A DNA stretch of 64,000 bases, from NCBI GenBank assembly GCA_015680685.1, contig MNCI01002495.1, positions 181,961-245,960 on the forward strand, read 5' to 3'. The notes beneath the pieces were generated by a model. That model ran no database searches. It saw nothing but the letters and a program-made list of their open reading frames with translations, and was not told the origin of the DNA. This document shows positions 12,083-23,648 of the stretch, in pieces. Origin of the DNA: Gnetum montanum (Eukaryota > Plantae > Gnetophyta). The position numbers and the translations under genes were made by a program. Within the stretch, counting starts at the first letter, position 1, and each line of letters begins with the position of its first letter.

Positions 12083-15000
12083 CTGCAAAAAATTGTTTTT
12101 TGTGTCCAGTATTGAAAAGTACAGCAATTAGAAATTCGTAATGTATTTAGGGTCTCGAGTGGTTGTTGCACATGCCGAACATAAGACAAACGCATCTACG
12201 ACAAAGATGGTGACGCAAAGAAACAACTGATAATGCATATTATATGGGAGTGTGATTGTATTGTGAACGTATGACAGCAATGTGAGCCAATATCCTTGCA
12301 GCAACGCACCAACTTCTTTCTGCAGATCTCTGTAAGCACCGGCCTAACGACCCAACACTAACAAGATATTGCATATTTTTTACTTTTAATTTCGAAAAAA
12401 CATGGGCGGGCTCTGCAATAAATAAGAAGTGTTGGAATGCTTGGTGACCTGGTCCATGCACTGTGCATTTATTTATTTCAATTCTCGTTGACCAGTTCGT
12501 AACGCCTGCCAAGCCACTTGTGGAAATATGAATTTCCGCAATTATTGTTTGCGCGGACACTGAATTTTCCGACACGGAATGTGCTGTGAGTTACTGTCGC
12601 TGAAATCCGAATTTTAAAAATAAATTCCATTCTTGTCTCGGGAAGCATAAACAATGAATCCGCATGACAATTTGAATACATCTTTAAGGCTCAGCATTAA
12701 GTGGAAGACGTTGTAACGAACCGATAAAAAATTAAAATTACTGGTATGCTGGCATTTGCGTGATTTTAGTTGTTGAAGATGAATATGAGCTTTTCTAGCG
12801 TATGTAAAAGAATTATTTTAACGTTTCAATTGCATGGTAAATTGCTGACAAGGTCCCCAGGGAAACATAATTTTCAATAAATATTTTTGAGCGCTTATAT
12901 TTTTAAGCTCATGTATTTAATTTAGATTACTGTAGGCATCTTCCAAGCATATTCCTCTGATCATCAATGCTTACGTAGAATTTGATTCTAATGCTCGAAA
13001 CGGCATACTATGCCTCCATGAGCAATGGTCGTGATGTATTTTTCAATCATTACGTTTTCGAACCAGGTGATTTGATTTGACGCAAGGGTAATGTTTGCTG
13101 ATGGATTTGACATCGTTCGGTGCAAACGAATGCAAACCTGCATAGTGTAGCGAATTTGTTTTATGTGTATTTACTACGAGTGTACTTGTCTGCTTCTGCA
13201 TTCTATTACTTACTATATTAAATTAGGGGAGTAAAATTGGATTCCTATTATTGTAGAATTAAAATAAACGGAGGATGGGTCAAGATTCAAGATTTTAGGA
13301 GAAGAGAGAATTTGTTGTTTATGTGATTAAAGATGAGTATCACATATCCCTGGAATGTCTTGTTCTAGAGCAAAAGTACCATAAATGGCAAATTAAAGTT
13401 AATAGTTTAATTGACCTTGCTACATGCTATGCATATTTCCACTAAGGGTTTACACATGTAACAAAAGATGTTTGACTTTTAGTTTCAATAAAATTACATG
13501 ATAATTATTATTATCAATAAGTTCAAATTAACTCATAAAGTAATATTTGAAATAATGTTATTTGGAGAAAAGAAAAGGCATGACTATTGAATGTGAAACT
13601 AAATATTTATTACATCTATGCAAAACTTTAGAAGACCCATTGAATAACAATTTTGCTAATAATATAACTAACATTTCATAAGTTTTGAATATTCTCAAGC
13701 CCTTATAATTTTACAAAGAACATGAAATAAAATTATATCCCTTATTATATTGCACCACACTTTGAAAGCAAAACCTACAAGTCCAATTCTTCTTAAGGTT
13801 GATGGAAAGTGGTGGGATCTTAATCTGAACTCTCAAAATAGCTATTTTTAAATACAATGAGATTGTAGAAAAATGATAATGTTCATTATTTGTACACTCT
13901 CCCTCTTAAATACATTAAAGGTAAAGATGCTCTTTTTCCTTTAACACTACCTTAAAGCTTTGTTAGTACTTTTTTTTTAATCATTCCCTATGATGCCATA
14001 ATGTTTTATTGTAGAAGTCATACTTTACTTTAATCGAACCATTTTATTCCAAGTTTTCTGGATCATTCCCCTATGGGGGATTCTAAATTCCCCTTGTCTT
14101 CTTTTATCAATGTTGAAATTTCTATTTCTTCCATTGATATAGAAATGTTTGTTGATTCTCATAATGTAGATTTATTAGTTGGCAAGCAAAAATTTGTAAT
14201 GCTTGTATTAATGATTTTGATGCAAATAATATGTTGTATTTTGTTCTTCCTAATGATGTATATGAGTCATTAGTTGTTGATCTTGAATCATAATATGTGT
14301 TCATTCAAATTTTGGATTACTAGCTTTGTAATCAAAGTTTCAATTCATAGTTAAATGATGTGATGCAAAAACACAACATTCAACTCATTCATGGTAGGAT
14401 TTATTCTCTTTTTTTATTCTCCTTTTTTCTGAGTTTATTGAGATAAGTGATTCTTCCATGGTGGAATGTGCCCTATATATAAGGTCATTTATGCATAAGC
14501 ATGTAATGTTGATCATTCATATATGAGGACCAGATTTTAATACCTAATTTGAAAAATATTCTAAAGCTCCATGTTTGTTGAGCTATTTAATATTCTATTA
14601 ATTTTTTAGAGAGATAGGTTGTAAATTATTAGTCTTATCAATCCCATTAAGCATATGAAATTTATTTTCGTACCATTTGGTTCTCATAGACATTTGTTTG
14701 TTGAAAGCAATCCTCTTAATTGTAAGAAGGAATTGGTATTGCAAGTAGGTTAGAAAAATTACATTTAGCTAATTACATATTGTAGTCTTCCTAATTCTTG
14801 TAACTTTTGTCATTGTGGAGGATATTTGTTTAATGTTTATCTTTATTTCTCAAGAAAAAATGCTAATGGAAAAAAACATACTAAAGTTGAAGATTAAAAA
14901 AAACAATTTAAAGTTGAAGATAAAATCAAATTAATGTTAATAATAATAATGATCAAATAACAATAAAGAAACCAAAGGAGATAGAAGCTTCTGGAAATGT

Positions 15001-15713
15001 TTTTACTCTTTTTTAGACTATAGGAAGTATTGATCAATTTGAACAAAGAGCTCATAAGGTAAATTTCCCTATATCTAACAAAAAAATATTGTTAACTCAA
15101 ATTAAAACTTATGTTGCCAAGTGCGCTATAGCTAATGGCAAAGATTCTCAACTTAAGGTCAATCTTGATAGATAATGTATATCATCATTTTCTATTTTAT
15201 CTTATTTTCCTACAAAAGTTAGTATTTCACCAAAGTTTTCTATTACTATGACAAATCTTTTTGCTATTTTAAGTTCAAACATGGATGTTAAAAGTGATAC
15301 AAATGTTGTTAGGATTAGGACAATCCTCCTTACTAACAATTAATTTTCCACTCTTAATTTTTCAAATTATCAATTGTAAGTTTAAACACCTAAGCAAACG
15401 TCCCTAAAATTGGAAAATTTTTCCTTTCCATATTATTTTTGGTATTTTCTACTCAGTGTTAAGTATGTGATGTCCTTTAAATTTTTTTTCCTATTATTAA
15501 TATTATTTTTTGGGTTTGACACCCCATGATTAAACCATTCCATTTCTAAGTTGAAAGATGAACTTTTTTTTTTGCTAGAAAACTTTTTATTTAATGATAA
15601 AAAGGGCATGAATTTACAATTACTTTTTTTGGTAATATGCATGCTTCCAGTAGTTAAATGTGATACTAATTTTCAAGCTTGTCAATGACAAGTGGTTCAA
15701 GTAGTTATTTAAC

Positions 15714-16630
15714 TAGGATTTGCAATCAAGAAGTTGCTAGTTTGAATTATGCTTGAGGCATCACAATAAGAGTATTAATATTCAAAGTTGAGGTCACAAG
15801 TTCAACTATAGTAGGTAGTCTCTGTGGAGACACACACACACATATTTGTAACCATTCAACTATTGGTTGTGATTGTCAATTGTAATATCACCAATAAAAA
15901 TACAATGACTTGAAACTGGCATTAGTTACTATTATTAGCATTAATAGAGCTTGGGTTGAAACTAGCATTATCCATTATTATTCCCTTTAACAAAGGTTGG
16001 AATATAATGAAGAGGAATATTTCTACCTACCTGCCTCTACTACAATTACTATGATCCATGGAAAACTGAAACTACTATGAGCTTAGTATACTATATTATA
16101 TGCCTAATAGGTACGGGCTTAATCAATAGGGGTGTATACATAAATGGTGTAATTAATTATGAGAAAAATGATATTTCATCAATGAATAATAATAGTTTAT
16201 CATGTTCAAGGATTTACAACAAAGAGGATGCTAGTTTGAGTTATACTTAATGGATCAAAATAAGATGTTAACTTAGTGGTAAGAGTAATAGCATGGAAAA
16301 CTTAGGTTATAGATTCAAGCAAGTAATCTTAATGGATGTAAGTCAAAATTCAATTTTGAATTCTTTTATAATAATTCTAATGTATCATGTTGGTATCATG
16401 TTTTGGGGGATGCACCTATAGTCAAATTACTTTAGGTTCTCCCACATACAACCCTTTCCTCCTCATGATGCCAAATAATATTTAAGGCTTCACTTTAATT
16501 TTATAATGTAAAAATTATAATTGCACATGTACTAGCCTTTGCTACTTTACTACTTCTGAAATGATGTATTAGCCTAGTGGTATGGCTCTTAATTTGAAAT
16601 CTCCAATGTATAGGTTTGATTCCAATGAGT
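15714..16630 (+). mobile_element. Cluster of old tRNA-derived SINE-like heads (15714-15815, 16208-16325, 16570-16630)
   Basis: Pol III box A TAGCCTAGTGG (16570) and box B GGTTTGATTCC (16613) lie 32 nt apart. TAACTTAGTGG/GATTCAAGC at 16269/16312. The 15714 and 16208 segments are mutually similar. Confidence 0.45.
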
Positions 16631-17331
16631 AGTGTTGAGGAATAAAAATCTTATCTACATCACATGTATATTAGTGAAGTTAAATTTAACATTTTTAAAT
16701 AAAAATTTAATTTTTATCATTCTCAATGCAATACCTAATAATAGTTACTCCTCCAAAATAGTTCGTACAAAACTATACATCAATTTGATGCCTATGTACT
16801 TGTTTTAGGGTAATTTTTCATGTAAAATACAAGCAAAAATTAAAATTTTTCATTTCAAAAAATGGTAAAATTATCATAGTACAACAATGATACATGAATG
16901 TAATAATATATTATCCTTAATGTAGATAATATGTACAATATATTCTTACTTGCATACATACTTTTGAGTTAGTAAACAATGAACTATTAACATAATCAAA
17001 TAGGGCATGTGAAATTAATCATATATTTCTATTTTTTGCAACTCCTCTTATAACTTTGCAATATCAACAATGGAAGTTAATTAGTTTACTATAGATTTAA
17101 AGCTTTAGTTTTAGATTTAAAGGATTGTTTTCTCTTAACTTTGAAGGGAAAAACTCTAAACAACATGTCATGAAAAGATAGCTAACCATCAATAATTATT
17201 TTTTAGAGTTCTTTGACTATTACAACTTTTGTTTTTTAAGTCATGCAACTTGGGTTTCAACAAAGTGTAGCAAATGCAAAGAATACATCCACAAAATGCT
17301 ATTTTAGCTACTAATTTACCTAATAACTTGG

Positions 17332-18251
17332 TGATGAGCAGCGAGGTACCCCTACACTCAACCATATGAATACGAGGATTTCATGCATGATCCAGTCGAA
17401 TTCCAAGGACTAAGTGCTTATGCATCCTTGTGGAGCAAGGATGGGTTGGTTGATCATTGTCTTCCCAAGCTTACTTGTATGTCACGATTGTATGGTTAAG
17501 TAAGATTGAGACATATGATTTTTATAGCTTTTATGTTTTTATGTCCTATGCTAGTAGGGAAGGAGAGAGATAACTAAGTGACTAATTTATCTTAACTACT
17601 CATTAACTAAGTTCTAACTAATCCTAACACCAGAATTCATTCTCACTTTCCGTACACATCCTAAACCAATGCAACACTACTAGGATTACCAAACGCTAAT
17701 CGTTACTAGGTTACCAAGTGTTACACGCATGCTCGAAGTGATCGTACTGAGTGTAATTTAACGATTTTCTTAATTGATCAAAATGAATTGCTACGCTGAT
17801 AACATAAATGTAAAGTGCATAAAATAAAATAAAATAAAATAAATGCATAATAAAATAAAGTAAAAGAAATGCGTAAGAAAACAAATCTCAAGTGCTGCAA
17901 GGATGAATTGAAGAGCTTGTCGTTATTGTTGTATACAAGGTGTGCTCAGGTACACAATGCTCAAATAAAGATCTATCCACACTTAGACCTCTTGCTGCAG
18001 ACACTTGGAAAATACTCTAACTTTTAAATAGACTACAAGAGTTTCGCTACTTGACTGCTAAAAAGACTTCCTCCCAATTGTGTACCTTGGCACTGTATTT
18101 ATAGGCTTGGAAGAAACTACTCTAATAATTAGAGTAACCACTCTAATAATTAGAATAAACTGCTAGAGTAAATGTTCTAATAATTAGAATAAACCACTAG
18201 AGTAACTGCTCTAATAATTAGAATCAACCGCTAGAGTAACCGCTCTCATCA
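17332..18251 (-). mobile_element. Solo LTR of the A family (920 bp)
   Basis: TGATGAG...CTCATCA ends, perfect 5-bp TSD CTTGG on both sides, colinear with 6954-7906, no PBS or PPT. Confidence 0.95.
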
Positions 18252-19981
18252 CTTGGTGTCTCATCTAGGTGTCAATTTCCTTAATGAGAGAATAGACTCT
18301 TAGTATCTTGCATCATTCAATGCCAAACCTGGCATTTTCAACACATACTAGTTGGGACCTTCACCTATCACATTCCATCCCTTAAATGAATGTCATAGTG
18401 GACACATGAGAAATGGCTAAGGCATGCCTTCTGCATCACCCTCCTCAAGGGTAATGGTATGTTATTCTCTTTTAATTTAGATACCATCATGAATGAAGTT
18501 TTATCTATGGCTTCTTGGTTTTGTGAGAAGAAACTTTTGCTCTAATAAAAATGGATCCATGGACTAGGCAATGCCAACAATAACATCCAAAGGTATTTTA
18601 GGTCTACTCCTATTTGGATACATTTGCTTGGTTTCTTAGTGAAATTTTAGAAAAAGGAAGTAATCATTTCTATTGGTCAAAATTTGGCAAGATTATAGAT
18701 TTAGATAATCCTATTGCTAATAAGATAAGCCTCATCAACACAAGTATGTACATTTATATGTCACCAAATGTAGATCTCCACTCAAAGATTGTGCTTACTC
18801 GCCTTTGTAGAGAGATCCACTAGTGATGAGTGGCGAGGTATCCCTAAACTTAACCATATGAATACAAGTGTTTACGCACAATCCAGTCAAACTCTATGGA
18901 TGAGCTAGTTGTCGTATCTAGATCGTTACACGTTGATCATAGTTTGTTGTCTTCCCACCTGGACTAGTATTTGCTTTGTCATGTATGGTTTAGTCCAAAG
19001 TGAGGTGTATGATGTTGTTTCTAACCTAGTGCTACTCCTCGAGGCAATGGAAAATAACTTCAATTAAGCTAGGAGGAAAAAGGGAGAAAGAACCTAACTT
19101 AATGGGGGACATGAAAGGAGAGAGTCTAAACTAGCCTAAGTGCGATGAGCATCCGTTCCTTGATCATTCGTACACATCTTGGACCTCATGCATGACTACT
19201 ACTAGGATTACCAAGCGTAGATCCTAGGTATGCTACTAGGTTACCAATTAGTCACACTTAAATGCTCGTGATTAAGTCGTACTCATTCTGCATTTAACAA
19301 CAGGACTAGTAAATGATGGTAAAGAAATATTAACTAAGAAAAAAATAAATAGCAATAAAAATTAACAATAATAATTAAAAAATTAAAACTAAGTAAATGT
19401 TGCAATGATGAAATAATCTCAATTTGTATTGCCGATCATGTGCATGTCCAAGTACGCCACACTCAAAATAAAGGTTCTGTACAATTACAAGCATCACATT
19501 GTGGGCATGAGTTGGGAAAATATTCTAACTCTTGTGGGAACAAACTGCAAGAGTCTGGCTCCAACTAACTCCTAAGATGCCTAAGTGTGGCGAAAGCACC
19601 CTTATTTATAGGCTAGAACAGACTTTGCATAAACGAGGCCACGTAAATGCATGGATGGATGCATCGACGGGGCCCTGTTGATGTGGCCTAATTAACGTAG
19701 GTCCAATATCAAGGGTTCGATATCGGGACCCATCAGACTTGGTATCTTGTATCAGGGTTTTGATAATAGGGGTTCGATAACAGGACCTGATAGACCATGA
19801 CTCATCATACCCCCATGACTGAATAACAACTCGTCCTCGAGTCAAAGAAAGTGACGAACAAGTTCAATTGATTACATAGTGGATAGGTATGGGATTATTG
19901 ATTGACTAGGAATTTATTCATGCTACAATGGAGAATTAAACAAAATTTGGACACAGACACAAAAGATAAAACTTGTTTAAC

Positions 19982-20419
19982 TCATGGGGTTCCTGGTAGT
20001 GGTGGCTCCTCCATGGGTGCCTTTCCTTTGTTCTGTGTGCCAAGCTTCTGAGATTGATACCATTGAAGAAGCACCTAACATTTCTTCTCTTCTATCTATG
20101 GATTATGAGTCATCCATACTGATGTTCCAATGTTTGATGGAGTCAGCACTTTCCATGGACACAGCAGCTACTGGAACACTTAATTGTCCTTGACATACTA
20201 TGCCACAAATAGCCACTATTTCTCTTCATAGGCTTGGGCCCTAACCTCTCCACCTTTTGCTTGGCTAGATTGTGTAGTGATAGGATTTCCTTGATGGATG
20301 CTGAATGATTGTGCTTCCTACTTTGCATGTTCTTCATGAGGTCCTTGGCCTCTACCTCCCCCTGGGGGTTCAGTTGCACCTTGAGAAGGTCCTCCTTATT
20401 GTCCTCTTTTATGGGCCAT
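19982..20419 (-). pseudogene. Possible decayed accessory ORF (146 codons) upstream of the PPT in element B
   Basis: ATG directly preceded by a splice-acceptor-like TTGTGTGATTATAG. Frame MAHKRGQ*GGPSQG...NKGKAPMEEPPLPGTP* has 8 internal stops, all TAA/TAG, compatible with CAR>TAR decay. Not statistically secure. Confidence 0.35.
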
Positions 20420-21601
20420 CTATAATCACACAAATATCAATTGTTAGTAAGGTTATTGAAAGAAGTTCAATTATTTCATACCTTACTTATTGCCTTTAGT
20501 AATTGTTGAGTTCTTTGCTTAGTGTGATTTTAAAGTTAGAAAGTTTTACAAGGAGGTTGCCCTAAAAGTTTAATGTCAAACCTAGTTTGTTTAGGTGATA
20601 CATCAAAGGACATGTAATGGTTTTGAGGAACATTTGATAAAATGATGACAAGGGAAAGAATAGATTTAGCAATGAAGTACTCGGAGGGTATAAAATGATG
20701 TGGTAATGTGTGAAAAGTAAAAATTACAAAAGTCACGCAAGTGGATCCTCCCCAAAGTAGGTTCCAACCTATAATGCCCTTGCGTAACCACACCTTAAAA
20801 TGTCCATAGGCACTAGAAGGGTTAAATGTAATCTACACTGATGTAACAAAACACACACATGTAGATACCACCGTGATGAGGTATGAATTCAATGCTACAC
20901 AAGAGATGAGTCACCAATACACGAACAGCCAGATAGGATGAATCGTAGAAGGGATTGCAGAGATTGGGACATGAGGTAACTGACCCAGGGCAAAATGAAT
21001 CTTGAGTGTAGACATGATTAATGTGTCATTAGCCCATTGCTCCAAAATCAAGACCAAGTCCATTCCTTCGATCAGTGACATCGCATTATTAAATCCAATG
21101 ATGAACAACCATAAGAGCATCATGACAGCAAAGCGTACGATCACTTGGCATTTTGTGCAAGGGAGGAGTGACTTGGAATTTCTTTGCGGCATNTAGCACC
21201 TACAGATGTCACCAAAGAGAATCCACAAGTTCCCTTGATGTCACACCCTAGCCATTCCCTCTTAGTCCATCATTTTTCACTCTGGGCATAATGAACACAA
21301 AATTACTTTTAAGTTTCATGATGACAAGAATATCATCATACCCAGAGTAGAACCTCTTATTAATAGAATGGTTGGGTGGATGTGATGGGCTCGCTATTCA
21401 AATAATTAGTCATCTAAGACTTGATAGCATAAAATAACAACTCAACCAATGAGTCACATGAGTGTTTTATTCGTAGATGAGATTACTCATAAAAAGATAA
21501 AAAGACAAAAAAATAAAAATAATAAATTAAAAGGTGAAAAACTGGAAAACAAAAAGTTAAAAAATTAAAGAAACAGAAAAAAATTTATTAATTCTATGTT
21601 G

Positions 21602-23648
21602 TTAGAATGGAGGATACCCCTCATAACTAAATGGTTGAGCATGGCTAGAATTAATAAATGGAAGGTTAGGATCCTTGCATGTTGGAAATATTGGGACCCG
21701 GTCATACTTGCCCCATTGGGGTTCACACACTTGATTAAAGTTGACATCGTGGGGCAAGTTATAAGATGTGGTTAATTTATAAAGAGTTGACCCATTATGG
21801 TACTTGCGACTGTAAGATGGTATGCAAGGATCAACATGTCTTCCCATGTGGCTATATTCATTGGGCCTCATGGTTGTTGGAGTATTGAGTGGTGGCCTTG
21901 ATAAGGTAACATGAGGCATTGGGTTCAAAGAGGAAGATGCACCACAGTGTTGGATTTGTGCTGAGTTGATGGATGCAGTGGTTTCTGAACTGTGGTGTCC
22001 CTTTCGATGGTCATGTCTAAAGAAGGGATGCCTTCAATGTTGTGAAGAATCTCCACTGCTATTGACAATAGCTGCACAAGTAATGTTCGTGGGTTGGTGC
22101 TGTGGTGCAAAGCCTTATGGCACAACTGGTGGCAATGTAAAAGAGGGTGAAGTATGAGAACATTGAGGTTGAGGAGAAGTGTAAGGCACATGAGGTGGTG
22201 ATCTTGTTGGAGAGAACATGGGTGGATAGTACTCGGGAGAATGATAACGATGAGGTGAGGTAGAGGATGCTAATCCTATTGGAGAAACAAGGTGTTGAAC
22301 ATAATAAGCATTTTACATTGGGACATACGAAGGGTATGGTCGAGTTGGCGGTGGCCTCCCCCATGACTGAGGTTTTTGCCACTGTGGTTGAACCCGATAT
22401 TTCTGTACGAAATCTGGATGTAACATTCCTTTCCAATGCTCATGTAAATGTGATAAAACTAGACATTGGCCTTTGGGGTGATCGTATAGACAGACGTTGC
22501 ATTGATATGTGAAATTGGTAGTTGAGTTCTTATTCTCATTATCTTCTACCCCTTATTTCGATTGTTGCGTGGTGTCCTGTCTTGTTTCTTGATTTAGCAT
22601 AGTTCTACCTCTAATAGTGTTGGCATATTCTCCACATTTTTCATGTATCCATTCCATCATCTTATTGATGTTTGCCTCAATTTCATCTAGTGATTATAGT
22701 ATTGGCAAAGATGATTCCACCTCCTTGAGGTGAGTTGATTTCTCCTCTTTATAGTTATGGACCTTTGCTAATTCAAGATTTTGATCCTAGTGAGAGCTTT
22801 CAACATTCTCCCATTTAGCCATTTCTCCTTCTTCTTTTGCTACCCTCTTAATAAGCTCTTGGAATTGGTGGGTTTGTAGCTTGTAGAGTTGCCCTTGGGC
22901 ATACATCCCTAGAGTCTCCCTTGTTTCATTACAGAGCCCATCAATAATGTGGTACATTAGCCTCTCCTTGGAGAACTCATGGCCTAGGCAGTTGTTTAAC
23001 AATGCATAATATCTTTCTAAGGCCATGTCCAAGGGTTCATGTTGTGCTTGTTTCCACTCTTGGATTTGTTTCCTCAAGGCTAACACTCTTGCATAAGTTT
23101 GATATCTTTCGTTGAAGAGCTCTACCATTGTTGGCCAACGTCAAATTGATTTGGGTTTTAGGGACCTATACCATACTTTTGCTTGGCCAACGAGTGTCAT
23201 AGGAAAGAGCTTAAGTTTTTTCCATCCATTATTGATATTGTTCCATACANNNNNNNNNNNNNNNNNNNNNNNNNNNNNNNNNNNNNNNNNNNNNNNNNNN
23301 NNNNNNNNNNNNNNNNNNNNNNNNNNNNNNNNNNNNNNNNNNNNNNNNNNNNNNNNNNNNNNNNNNNNNNNNNNNNNNNNNNNNNNNNNNNNNNNNCCAA
23401 TCATCCTTGGATAAATTTTTGTTAATTATTGAGAAGGTCCCAGGCCTTATGGCCCCCCTCATTCTATGGGATGTCCCATCCTCACTAGAGGTGTCAGAGT
23501 TGGATGACGAAAGTCCTTGAGTATCGTTGGGGTGTCTATGAACATATGAAACTCTTGCATAAGATTGAGTACTCCAAACTTCTTCGTTGGTTCTCCAATG
23601 AATTTCCTCGCTAGATGTTGCATTATCACTATCTTGTGAAAGAGACAT
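21602..23648 (-). pseudogene. gag: gag of element B with a Pro/His/Tyr-rich C-terminus
   Basis: NGWKKLKLFPMTLVGQAKVWYRSLKP, MVELFNERYQTY...EPLDMALERYYALLNNC. Colinear with 62200-63960 on the opposite strand. Confidence 0.88.

Noticed and set aside
16570-16630. Functional tRNA gene
   Set aside because: Box A/B present, but no pairing acceptor or anticodon stems; better explained as a SINE-like remnant.
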